Source: Chiloscyllium plagiosum
Taxonomy: Eukaryota
Reading direction: 5' to 3'
Assembly: GCF_004010195.1 (NCBI RefSeq)
Contig: NC_057719.1
Span: forward strand, 72,305,961 to 72,369,960
Length of the DNA stretch: 64,000 nucleotides
Made by a program: the position numbers and the translations under genes. Positions 27,001 through 38,899 of this stretch are shown here, one piece after another (within the stretch, counting starts at the first letter, position 1; the number at the start of each line of letters is the position of its first letter). The notes beneath the pieces were generated by a model. The model saw nothing but the letters and a program-made list of their open reading frames with translations, did not search any database and was not told where the DNA came from.

Positions 27001-27610
27001 TCCAGAGTGAAATTACCACTATGTCACCATCTTCTGCAAAGCGGGATGTAAGGAACGCTGGGCAAGCCAGCATTTATTGTCCATTCCAAAGGAACCTTTT
27101 GCACCACTTTAGTCTTTGGGTGCACACATGCATACACGGCTATTTGGAAGAGATTTCCAGGATATTGACCAAGCAACTATGAAGGAACGGTTGGTGTGTG
27201 ACTTGAAAGAGAACTTGCAGGTCTCCCTATATATCTGCTGCCCGTGCCTTCTTTGTGGTAGAGGTTGAGGGTTTGGAAGGTGTTGTTGAAGAAGCCTTAG
27301 TGAGATACTGTAATGCAACGTGTCGATGGTACTCATGGGTGCCATTTTATGTTGGTGGTAGAGGGAATGAATGTTGAGCATGGTGGATGGTGTACAATCA
27401 GATGGGCACTTTTGTCATGGATTGTGTCAAGCCCCCTTGAGTATTACAGGAGTTGCACTTATCCAGATATGTAAAAAATATTCCCTCACAACTCTGACTT
27501 GTATCTTGTAAATAGTGCACAGTCATTGGGCAGTCCAGAGTTGAGTTACTCACCATAAAATTTGCAGCTTCTGACCTGCTGTTCAAGCAACAGCATTTGT
27601 GTGGCTTTGA
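24010..27610 (-). mobile_element. Cluster of minus-strand CR1/L2-like LINE fragments with nested insertions
   Basis: Reverse-complement similarity to 12195-15235 at about 24010-24420, 25100-26660 and 27030-27610. Confidence 0.6.
26695..27032 (-). mobile_element. tRNA-derived SINE (same family as 31972-32310)
   Basis: Contains the B-box complement ggattcgaacc and the conserved body gatggcagattttcttcc. Confidence 0.7.
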
Positions 27611-28228
27611 TATTGCCTTACATTTATTGGAAGAACCTTTCGGAGTAACTTTTCTTTTTGCCACCAGACAGTAATAGATCAGCGAACCATTTTACCCATC
27701 ACCCAAATTTCATGTCTATTTAAGTTGCAGAAGTGATAAATAGTTGGCTGAATCCGACCACTTGCCTCCTGCCTCGTGTTAAAATACACATTTCTGACCC
27801 ACTAAATGTGATTGTAGGATAATAATGGGTGCGTACAGACGCTCAGTTCATGTTTTGTTGATCCTTCAAGACTTCTACCTTAAAATTTAGGAATGAAATT
27901 ACAATCCATAAAGGAATTGACACTCTGACAATTTTGTGGAAAAGCAGCCAGGTGCAAATGATTATAAGAAACAGAGTTGGAAGTACAAGTTATACAAATA
28001 GTAGTCATACTAAATAAGAAGAAAATAGGTGTATCAATGATAATGCAAACAGAGCTACACAGAGTTATGTTTTCAAGAACTGTTTCAACCGACAACTAAC
28101 AAATTATTCCACTCTTTGAGGACCAGCTGTATGGCATCCACATGTTACTAACATATTTCAAGTGATTTAAGAGTCACGAAGTGCGGGATCAAATAAAATT
28201 TCCTAAGTCTGATGAGGCCGATATCGGT

Positions 28229-28323
28229 CCTGATGAAGGGCTCGAGCATGAAAAGTCCATTGTCCTGCTCCTCGAATGCTGCCTGATCTGCTGTGCTTTT
28301 CCAGCAACACACTCAACTCTGAC
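28229..28323 (+). mobile_element. Degenerate family A hammerhead-bearing Penelope fragment
   Basis: cctgatgaagggctcgagcatgaaaagtc followed by the tgctgcctgatctgctgtgcttttccagc tail. Confidence 0.7.
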
Positions 28324-28429
28324 ATTGACCATTAACAATTCTCCAACTAGTTATCATTTGTATGTGCCATGGAACATTGTGAGCTAGCCTGTGCACCAGT
28401 TAGCACAACATGTGTCATTAGGAAGATTT

Positions 28430-28790
28430 TCGTGTCTGTTATAAAAGGATGTACTTTGAGCACTTCGAAGTATATTATTTAATCAAGCAAAGTCAATATG
28501 ACCTCATGAAAAGAAATCATGCCTGACAATTTATTACAATTTTTTGAGGCAGTAAGTAGCAGGTTACATAAAGGTGGACAGTATATATTTAGATTTCCAA
28601 AAGACATACGATAAGGCTCTGAAAATAAGGCTACTCAATAAGACAAACACTCATGGTGTTGGTAATATATTAGCATGGATAGAAGATTGGCTAACCAATA
28701 GAAGGCAAAGAGTTTGGGTAATGGAGGCATTTTCAGGATTGTATTCCGTAACTAGTGTGGAGTACTACAGGTATCAGTGCTGAGGACATA
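28430..28790 (+). mobile_element. Older CR1 RT fragment
   Basis: ORF DSIYLDFQKTYDK...LAWIEDWLTNRRQRV. Confidence 0.85.
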
Positions 28791-28792
28791 AT

Positions 28793-29706
28793 TAGAGTCA
28801 TAGAGATGTACAGCATGGAAACAGACCTTGCGGTCCAAACCATCCATGCCGACCAGATATCCCAACCCAATCTAGTCCCACCTGCCAGCACCCGGCCCAT
28901 ATCCCTCCAAACCCTTCCTATTCATATACCCATCCAAATGCCTCTTAAATGTTGCAATTGTACAAGCCTCAACCACATCCTCTGGCAACTCATTCCAAAC
29001 ACGTACCACCCTCTGTGTGAAAAAGTTGCCCCTTAGGTCTCTTTTATATCTTTCCCCTCTCACCCTAAACCTATGCTCTCTAGTTCTGGATTCCTCGACC
29101 CCAGGGAAAAGACTTTGTCTATTTATCCTATCCATGCCCCTCATAATTTTGTAAACTTGTATAAGGTCACCCCTCAGTCTGCAACGCTCCAGGGAAAACA
29201 GCCCCAGCCTGTTCAGTCTTTCCCTGTAGCTCAGATCCTCCAACCCTGGCAACATCCTTGTAAATCTTTTCTGAACCCTTTCAAGTTTCACAACATCTTT
29301 CCGATAGGAAGGAGATCAGAATTGCACGCAATATTCCAACAGTGGCCTAACCAATGTCCTGTACAGCCGCAACATTACCTCTCAACTCCTGTACTCAATA
29401 CTCTGACCAATAAAGGAAAGCATACCAAACGCCTTCTTCATTATCCTATCTACCTGCGACTCCACTTGCAAGGAGCTATGAATCTGCACTCCAAGGTCTC
29501 TTTGTTCAGTAACACTCCCTCGGACCTTTCCATTAAGTGTATAAGTCCTGCTAAGATTTGTTTTCCCAAAATGCAGCACCTCGCATTTATCTGAATTAAA
29601 CTCCATCTGCCATTTCTCAGCCCATTGACCCATCTGGTCCAGAGATCCTGTTGTAATCTGTGGTAACCCTCTTTGCTGTCCACTATACCGCCAATTTTGG
29701 TATCAT
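28793..29706 (-). mobile_element. Young CR1 LINE (HER1-like), 5'-truncated 3' end
   Basis: ORFs WAEKWQMEFNSDKCEVLHFG and LERVQKRFTRMLPGL...FFTQRVVRVWNELP; tail ctctatgactcta. Confidence 0.95.
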
Positions 29707-29727
29707 ACACCTCCAATTTACAGTATT

Positions 29728-31190
29728 ATGACGATGCTGTCTCTTGAAAGGTTATTTTGTCTTGGCTTTTTTTGAAAAAGGTTATAAGGCAGAGGCACCG
29801 AACCGGCTACTGAAGACAACTTAAGTTAACAACGTGTGAGGTTTTGGAGTGTTTTTTTTGTTTAAAGTTAGATCAATAATAGCAACCTGGGTGTGGCCAG
29901 CTCTCACAGACCAGGTTTTCTGGTTTTATTTTAGCTTTAGCATCAGATGCTTTTGAGGTCTTAAAACTTGAGACCTTGGAAACTTCATTGAATGATTCCC
30001 AGCTTCTATTCTCTCTGAACTCTCTCTTGATGTTTTTCATCCTGGATTGGAGAACTGCATGTAAGAATCTGTGTCTGAATTTGCCTTTTTGCCAAGGTGT
30101 TTATGGGATGTTACTATATTGGAACAGTTAATTAATGATAGGTACTGTATCTATTATGCAGTTACGTTTTCAATAATTAAGTTGTTCTAAATTCCTTTCT
30201 TTTGTTTGTTTTCTAACTATAATGTTTAAATAAAGTGTGTTTTGCTTAACAACGAGTAGTTTGACCAGTACCATGGCATTTGGAACATGGCACTTCACAT
30301 CTACCTTTAAAATAAGAGAACGTTAAGGTGCAGGCGACCTTCTTAAAATATTTTAAAGGGATCTGATCTGGTCCAGGGGCTCCTCCAGTATTGAAATCCA
30401 TAATTCCAAGTTGGGCTTGGGAATATTGGACTCAAATTGGGCGTGTGGTAGGTGTTAGTGGCTTTTATTTCAAGTGTTGAATTTGGTTAGTTTAAACAGG
30501 GTAAGCCTTGTGTAGTAATGGCTCTTTCAGAGTTTTCTGGGGCTGGTAGAAGTGACTTCAGGAGTTTTCCAAAAAGTGAGCAAGGCAAAGATGTTGGAAT
30601 TGGCAGATAAGCTGGAGTTGGGATTGCCTGGGCCTGCGAGAAAAGAAGAGGTAATTACTTCAATAGCTTGACATTTAAAATTACTGGAAATGCCATATCT
30701 TTAGAAATGGCTAGAATTCAATTGCAGATGAAGTAGCTTGAACATGAAAAAGAAATGAAACAGTTTGATTTATGATTAAGAGCAGAGGGTAATGAGGGAA
30801 GGAAGGCCCTAGCAGCAGAAAGAGAGAGAAGAAAAGCAGAAAGAGAGAGAGTTTGAACTTCAGAAGTTGGCATTAGAGAGGAAAGTTGACTTAAAAGGTT
30901 GGAGGTGAAGGCAGAAGGTAGGCTTAGTCAGGAGGATAGTGATGATGAGCAAATCCATTGTAACCAAAGGCCTGGTAGGGGTCTATTTAAATATGTCCAA
31001 GCATTGCCTTGATTAGACAAGAAGGATAGAGAAGCCTTTTTCATTTAATTTTAGAAAGTGGCTAAACAAATGAGGTGGCCGGTGACCGTGTTGGTTTTGT
31101 TAATCCAAACAAAGTTGGTCACTGGAGGTAGTGAGGTACTTGCATCACTATCAGAGAAGATATCCAGGGAGTATAAAGAGGTGAAGAAGG
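29728..31190 (+). mobile_element. Gypsy (Gmr1-like) LTR plus degenerate gag
   Basis: LTR-like segment to ~30375, a ggggctc PBS-like site, then a broken gag (KVSKAKMLELADKLEL...KVAKQMRWP...LLIQTKL...SEVLASLSE). Confidence 0.7.
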
Positions 31191-31365
31191 CTGTAAAGAC
31201 TGAGTCGTTAAATATATTCAAAGCTGAGATGAACAGATTTATCTGTAAGGGGATCAAGTTATGGAGATAAGGCAGGAAAGTAAAATTGAGAATGATTAGA
31301 TTAGTCATGATCTCATTGAATAATGGAACAGACTTGATGGGCTGAATGGCCTACTTCTCCTTCAT
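31190..31365 (+). mobile_element. CR1 3' end fragment
   Basis: Peptide SLNIFKAEMNRF and tail gggctgaatggcctact. Confidence 0.75.
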
Positions 31366-31825
31366 CTTTTGCATCACACAATTTTGCAGCAGCAAGAAAT
31401 TCCAGCTACTTTCTTGTCTACTGATAAAACCTAAAATTAGAAGAAGTATTGCATTTTCACAATGCTTTTCACAACCTTGTAAAAGTGCATACTAAGTAGT
31501 TTTTATGTGCAAAATATATAGAAGGCTTGGGTCATTAAGGTGTGGGTGGTTGGAATGTTTGTACTGCTGAGAGGTCTACAGAGCAACCTCTGTCTGTGTA
31601 ATTGAAAGCAGCTCTTGGACAAAACAGATTTTTGGTTTTGTGTTGATCATCCAGAAGCAAAAAAAAGGATGTTTTAGAATATTCCTAAACTAACAAAAAA
31701 TTATATTGATAACATTTGCAAATGTGAAAAATCTCAAATTACTCTACTGTTCTGCACATAACTGATATAATTAATAGTCCAAGTTTAGATTGATCCCATT
31801 ATTAAGCAGTGTTTCTTTTTTTCAG

Positions 31826-31901
31826 CCTGCTTTCACGTGTAATGAATACTGGATCACAGTTTGTGATGGAAGGCGTGAAGAATTTAGTATTAAAACAACA
31901 G
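31826..31901 (+). CDS. SCFD1: SCFD1 exon (76 nt): LLSRVMNTGSQFVMEGVKNLVLKQQ
   Basis: Polypyrimidine tract with ttcag| acceptor and |gtaagt donor; contains the Sly1 GVKNL motif. Confidence 0.97.
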
Positions 31902-31971
31902 GTAAGTATCTTAGGTTATTAATTGCGAATACAAACAACTACACATTAGAATCAAAGTAAATAGATGGGAG

Positions 31972-32310
31972 GGTGGCAGCATAGTAGCATTGTCACTGGA
32001 TTAGTAATCCAGAACCCCAGGCTAATGTTCTAACCTCGTGGGTTTGAATCCCACCATGGCAAATGGTGACATTTGAATTTAGTGTAATTTACTGACAACA
32101 ATTAATTCACTGTTGACTAAGGTATAAACTATATTGTTCACTAATATCCTATAGAGTATTAAATCTGCCATCCTTAACTGGTCTGGCCTACATGTGAATC
32201 CAGACTGCTAGCAATGTGGTTGACTTTTAACTGCCCTCTGGGCAATCAGAGATTGCCAAAAACTGCTGACCTAGCTCGTGATGCCCACATCCAATGACCA
32301 AATACATTTT
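31972..32310 (+). mobile_element. tRNA-derived SINE (SacSINE1/Deu-like)
   Basis: B-box ggtttgaatcc, body ggtctggcctacatgtga...aatgtggttgact, and a LINE-like tail gatgcccacatcc. Confidence 0.8.
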
Positions 32311-34594
32311 TTAAAAGTTTAGAGCACAAATAGTGAATGCAGACTTGATTAGATTTATAATTTATTTCAGTCCCCATACTCTCAGCTTCAGAAAACAAAT
32401 GTGACTGCATCATGTTGCCTACTGATTCGTCACAAATTCAACTCCTGTAGGAGGATCAATAAAGAATTGATCCAAGCAGTTGGTAAGATCAACAATGTAA
32501 TTCTATAAAGGTGTTGATTTGAGTGACCTTATCACAGCTTTTTAGATTCATCTGCAGTAAGGTCCAGAGGTAAATATACATTAGCTGAGGGCACTTCAAC
32601 CCAATCGACAATTGGCATACAACAAATATGCCTTAATACATGGAAAGTATGCTGCAAGGCCATATTCCTGCATGTTTTTAATCTTTTTCGAAGATTGCTT
32701 GTTTCCAATTTTCTTTAGCAACTTCTAGGATTGACTTAAATATTGGCCAGATTTCCTCAAGAAGCTTGGCATTATCAAAAGCAAAACTGTTTACTTGCTT
32801 AGCACTGCGACATCCTGTTCAACTCCAGTACACTGTGTCAAAGGTTGCAAAGCAGCATCTCACCATGGTAACTTGCATTGCATACCCCCCCGCCCCCCGA
32901 AAAAACAAACCATCATGAAGGACAAAAGAAACAACATTCTGGCAATACCAATCAGTGATGTTGTTCATCATTCTAACTTGAACATACGCTGATATATCTT
33001 CACCATCTCTGTGACAAAATCTTGATAATCTATCTCACAATATTATGACTTTCATCATTACTAAGAATACAGCACATTAAGCTATATGCCTTCCAATGGA
33101 ACTTGGAGATGCAACTGCCCATGTCATGGAATTTTCATTCAGGTACTTAGATATACAGATTTGAAGTAAATCAAATAAGCTGGAGTACAGACTTACCTCT
33201 ATTGCACTTACACTATACAAAAATATGTTGGACAGATTGTCTCATCTAGTTAGGACGGTGAGTAAATTGATTAAGGGAGAAAGGAACATGATAGCTTTTT
33301 CTGCCACACACTATAATGAATTCAGGTCTGTCATAGGCACCTCCCCAAGTACAGTAATTTTGTTACATAATCTGTCTGTGTTAGTGTTTGCGAGCTGATT
33401 TCAACTACCCTGTATCTAGTTTCTTGATTGAGAGACCCAACAGTGTACCAAAAGTATCCCTGTGACCTGAACCAAGTATTTGTGCCCAGGTACGTTTTTC
33501 CAGCTGTCTGAAAGGGACCAACCAACCAATTAGTGAAATGATTCTCAATCCAATTCATTAAGCTGCTTTATTTCATAGCACAACAGTTACTTTTGGTCTA
33601 TTCTAATCAGTACAACTTGCAGTTGTGTAAAAATTGAGAAGCCCGGAAGTTTACTACACTTCGAGACATATCATCTAAATCCACATCTTCCAGCCCAGCT
33701 GACAGACTTGAGTGACTTGACGTTACGTTAGAAGTTGCACTTTTAACATCTACTAATCCACAACAGCATTGTTAGAAATACCAAAACATGGCAGCATGCA
33801 TTGGAGTATCTAAATTCCTGATATGTAGAATGGTTCTTATATGTCCATGAAGACATGCATTTAGCCCTTTGTTTTAAAATAGTTCAAATTCTTTCATACT
33901 TTGAAAGACATTGAACAAAGACACAGCTTGGTTGACTTTCTTAGAGGCATATTTTATGCTCATTATCTCCCACTCTGAATAACTGGATTTACTATTTCAC
34001 ATCTTAGTAGGGGTTATATAGTCAGTGAAAAAAAAGAGGGGCATACAAATGTACCTTCCTGTCTGCTCTTCCCAGTTTCTACTAGAAATTGTGCTCTGTT
34101 TACCATATGTTATTGCGTCGAATGCATTTCTTTTGCTGAGCAGCTACTGAAATCATTATCAAAAGTTGTAGAGCAGCATTAGTTTAGTTTATTTAGCTTA
34201 ATTACTTCCTATGATCAACAAAATATTTGATGATAAATAGAGATTTAGTCCACCTAACTTATCCTCTCACAAGAACCTGCAATCCTTCTTTACAGAATCC
34301 AAGTGCCAACTGAATGACACAAGGCTTTGCTTTGATCACCCTGCCCAGTACTATCATCATTCTCAATGTGAAAAGTATATCAGTTTTGAACTTACCTTTT
34401 GTGGTTTGCAGCTATTCCTGCCCAGTCTGCAATTTGATTTAAGTTGGAGAAAGAGTTTAAAAATGAATGAAACTGTTGTAGTCCCCTTAGGATTCTCAAA
34501 CTATTTTTTTGTTAAATATACATTTCAGTTTGAAATTTTCTCTTTACTGAGTCTTCTGATGTTAGCAAACAACAGTATGGTCTTTTTCACCATA

Positions 34595-34785
34595 ACAAAA
34601 AAATGACATAGAAACTCAGCAGATTTGGCAGTGCCTGCAGTGAGAGAAACTGCAGAAAGAACTACTTTGGAACATTAGTCATGTCAGACCCAAAATGTTA
34701 ACTCGGTTTCTCTCTTCATAGACGATGCCAGACCTGCTGTTTTTATCTAGCACTCCGATTACTATTTCAGATCTCTAGCATTCTC
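34595..34785. mobile_element. Old Penelope-derived repeat (family C) with a partial inverted structure
   Basis: ctcagcagatttggcag is roughly inverted relative to tgccagacctgctg; contains the eroded core gacccaaaatgttaactc. Confidence 0.5.
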
Positions 34786-34962
34786 AATACATTGATTAAT
34801 TTCCATAATATTAACTCTGTAATGTCAATAGATCGCATTTAGTAGAATGGCAAGAATACACATCTTGGCCAGTTTGACACTGTAAGGGACAATGATCAGA
34901 CATCTTCTGAAATGCTGTTATAGTACTGATGGCATAGTCATTGGAAGAGTCCTATTTCTTAG

Positions 34963-35849
34963 GTTGATGAAGGACCTTCATCTTGTAGATGTTCAGGGCG
35001 AGACCCATGCTCTCATATGCCTCCGTAAAGATCTTGACAGTGATCTGGAGAGCATCCTTGGAGATTATGCATACACAAGCATCCATAATGCAGCTCGATG
35101 ACACTGGTTGGGGTGACTCATCAACCTGGCCTGGCATTGTGGAACAAACCTCCAATCAACAAGGTCCACAGGGAGGCCTTAGAGAACATTCCAATAGTTC
35201 GGAAGTGTCCTGTGGCCAAAGCAGTTATTGATGAAGAGATCTAGCGTGGCCTCCAGTGTGCTATCACAGCCTTCAACTGCCTGAGGAAAAGGATGTTCGA
35301 GGGCAACCAATGCTGCCTGCTCAAGAAGCTGCAAATTCACTGGAAAGAAAGACACACTAATACCAACATCCTCGACCAGGCCAACATCCCAGCATTAAGG
35401 CACTGACCACCCTTGATCAGCTGCGATGGTCTGGGCACATCGTCTGCATGACCAACACAACACTCCACAAACAGTTGCTGTACTCTCAGCTTCAAAATAG
35501 CAGGCAAGCCCCAGGTGGACAGAGGAAGCGCTTCTGTGATACGCTCAAGGCCTCACTGGCAAAGTGCAACATTCCCAAGACACCTGGGAATGTCTGGTCC
35601 AAGACTGTCCAAAGTAAAGGAGGAGCATCCGGGAAGGCGTTGAACATCTCGAGATTTGCTGTCAGGAAAAACAGAGGCCAGGCGAAAACAGCGAAAGGAG
35701 CGTGCTGTCACACCAATGCCCCATCCACCCATTCCTGGGAACACTACCTGCCCCAAGTGTAACAGAACCTGCAGTAGCCTACAGGTTCACTCCGAGAGTG
35801 GAAGAGAGTCATCCTCGTGTGCAAGGGACAACCGACGATGATGATGATG
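34963..35849 (+). mobile_element. RTE-clade LINE with a 5' inversion
   Basis: + strand QLRWSGHIVCM...KQLLYSQL...GGQRKRFCDTLK with a (gat)n tail; - strand DACVC...FTEAYESMGLALN; TSD ctatttcttag at 34952-34962 and 35850-35860. Confidence 0.88.
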
Positions 35850-37361
35850 CTATTTCTTAGTGGACAGTGGAAGTTATTCTTGGATATAAATAAAAATGAA
35901 GTTAAGAGATGGAAATAAGAAAATTGTAATTGGTTTTTGGAAAGAAAAAGAGACTTTGACATTATGACTAAAAATCAGAGTGGAAACCTTTTTTTTGTAA
36001 ATGGGAAAACAAACTTGTAGGATAAATTACCAATGTGAGCGATTGGAAGAATATGAATAGGTTCAGGGGACAATGGAATTAATTTGTGAAGGTAAGACTA
36101 TTAGATGAGGTTCTTTCAAATTCTTTCGAAATTTGTTGAGCCTTGTAGGCTTCAGCATATTTAATAATTTAATGTTTTATTCTTGTTTGCATAAAATTCT
36201 ACCGTTGTACTGAATCTGTAATTTCAACAACCTTGGACTGTAGTTTACTGTTGTTCACCTCAGTGTAACTGAAGAAAATTTAAGTTTCAAAACAAAACAT
36301 TCTACTATAAATGTGCATATGGCTCCCTTAGTTTCTGATGAAAAATTGTTTCCTTGAACAAAGGTAGTTGCAGCCATTACTAATCCATTTTGACATGTAA
36401 TTTTACAAAGAGTTAGTCCCTCAGGAATACTTTGCTGAAAGCTGAGGCCCTGATGATATATTTGTCGGAAAGTATAACTTTTGGATTTCCAAAATAAACA
36501 CTTTTTGAAATAAATCAAATCTGAGAAACTTTCAGAAAAGATTCCCTCTACGTTAAAAATGTAGCTTTTGCATTCAAACTAACAGTAGAGTCAAGTTTGG
36601 ATTTGGCAAAAATAAATAAGAAATTATTGCAGCTGTTTAATTTTCTATTGGTGTTTGTTTAAAGTGGACTGCTGATACTTTCAAAGTAGAAGCAATTTAA
36701 GTATGACAAGTCAGTACCAATTGCAAGAGTATAATTATTAAATGTAATTAAAGTACATATAAACTTTAACCTTCGTGATTTGTTTGACATCAAACCCAGA
36801 TTTTTTTTTTACTGAATATTGTGATATCTGTTGCCATTGAGAAAGTGGTGGTACATCACCACCAGTGTGGTGTAGTTGTTCCCACAGTGAGTTTTAGAAG
36901 AGAGTGCCAGGATTTCGACTCAGCAACATATAGTCATGTCAAGATGCTATGAAGGGAAACTTGCAGGTGTTTGATGTATCCATACACTTGACTCAAACAT
37001 CATTCCAAGTCATAGAATGTTTAGATGACACTGCTTAAGGAGACCAAGCACTTTGCTGATGGGCATCCTAGAGATGGTACACATTTGTCATTGTGCTCCA
37101 GTAGTGCAGAATGTGATATGAGGTGGATGAGCTGCGATCAAACTAATTTGCCCATGTTGGGGCAGCTATACTCTTCGATGCAAGTGTGCAGAATTCCATG
37201 ATACTCCTGGATGTAATAGTGAGTTATCTTGGGGTGTACAGTCATCAGGAGGTAAAGCACTCACCATACAGTATCCAGCCTCTGACCTGTTCCAGTAATA
37301 CCTGTACTATCACTTATACTGAGCCTTCGAAGAGCATCTCACCCAAACCAAGCTCTCTGTT

Positions 37362-37531
37362 TCCATTTACCATGCTAATCCATTTCACCTGCACATCATT
37401 GTGACAGTGGGAGGAAATCGGAGCACCCGGCAGAAACCCACACAGACACAAGGAGAATGTGCAAACACCACACAGATTATCATCCAAGGCCGGAATTGAA
37501 CCCAGGAATCGAGCGCTGTGAGGCAGCAGTG
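37362..37531 (-). mobile_element. HE1-like (V-SINE) element
   Basis: V-domain-like gggaggaaatcggagcacccggcagaaacccac...gagaatgtgcaaac plus the B-box complement ggaattgaaccc. Confidence 0.85.
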
Positions 37532-37721
37532 GGATGTATTTGGAGTAGACGGTCTTTCCTTTCCTCTGATGTTTTGTAATGCAGCATTGAAGAACAAAAG
37601 CAAATGACTTTCACAGGCATAAAACATTAGATTTAAAAAGAAATCTCACAATTTAAAGAGTTTTTGTGTTCATTATGCCAATTAAGTGTATGTTCTGTTT
37701 CAGAAAAACTATGATTTTATG

Positions 37722-37923
37722 TTGAAAATCACACAACACCAAGTTATAGTCCAACAGGTTTAATTGGAAGCACACTAGCTTTCGGAGCGACGCTCCTTCA
37801 TCAGGTGATTGTGAAGGAAAGCTAGTGTGCTAGTGTGCTTCCAATTAAACCTGTTGGACTATAACCTGGTGTTGTGTGATTTTTAACTTTGTACACCCCA
37901 GTCAAACACCGGCGTCTCCGAAT
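37722..37923. mobile_element. Foldback Penelope-like insertion (family B)
   Basis: Inverted arms; TSD tatgattttatg at 37710-37721 and 37924-37935. Confidence 0.88.
37773..37807 (-). ncRNA. Minimal hammerhead ribozyme motif (family B), antisense to SCFD1
   Basis: Reverse complement reads CAC-CUGAUGA-A-GGAGC(GUC)GCUCC-GAAA-G-CUA-GUG. Confidence 0.78.
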
Positions 37924-38899
37924 TATGATTTTATGCATTTTGTTATCTTTACTTAACCTTTGCAACATGGCCAACATTTTGGAACTTTACTTTTGTTGAG
38001 CCAACTTTTACTGAATATCTGCATTATATGACAGGGCATTTTAATGCTTATGCGAAAACACTAACCTTGTTCAGACTACTAGCTCTACGTGGCCAGAATT
38101 AGGATGCAGAAAGCTTTAAAACTGTCCACAGAAATAGAGTAGATGTTACACAAGAGCTTCCTTTATTTTAGTGGAGGAATCTAGTGGTTTTGTGGTTTTT
38201 GAAATGCTAATTCTGATTATGGACTGTATCAGGATTAAAAAGTATCTCGATAAACATTAACATTAAAAGTTCCATAACGTTGGCTGAACATTCAGAGTAG
38301 CTCTATTACTGTTTTATCAAGATTGGCGGTTGACTTATTCTGCTTTTAGTGGCTAATGCATGCAAATATTCCATGTGGCATTACTCAGAGGAACATTTTG
38401 TTAGCAAATTCTTTGGCCAGTTCCTTGTTAGACAGAACCTTGCTATAGGACCTTAAGAGTAAAGACTTATTAATATTAAGAGAATGTTATTGTTTTCAGA
38501 ATATAATTTCAAGTGTTTGCTATGTCAAATTAACCAGAAGTCCAAGCAGACTTAAAGAAAAGATGGAATCAAAATTTAGTTAATAAATAGCCTTTAAAAA
38601 AGCATGGAAAGCCATAAAAAAAAGACTAAAATACTTAGTCTTCATTTGGCTGAACTTAAAGACTTAGAATTAATTTTGATTTTCCAGCTTTGAGTTCTGA
38701 AATTCTATTGCATGTGAATATTATTAAAGTACATTGTCATTTTCAAGAATATCATTTTCTCATTTCATTTTCACAACATTAGCAGTTAAATTTCCTGACA
38801 AAGGCCTTTCATTTACTTGTAGATGCATTTGTTAGTTACAGTACATATTGAACAATTTACATGTACAACAGTTTGATTACTTTCATCTGTATGCAGTAC

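Noticed and set aside
29073..29594. 173-aa + strand ORF
   Set aside because: It is the antisense frame of a young CR1 RT.
31972..32060. tRNA gene
   Set aside because: It has A/B boxes but no clean cloverleaf, and it continues into a SINE body.
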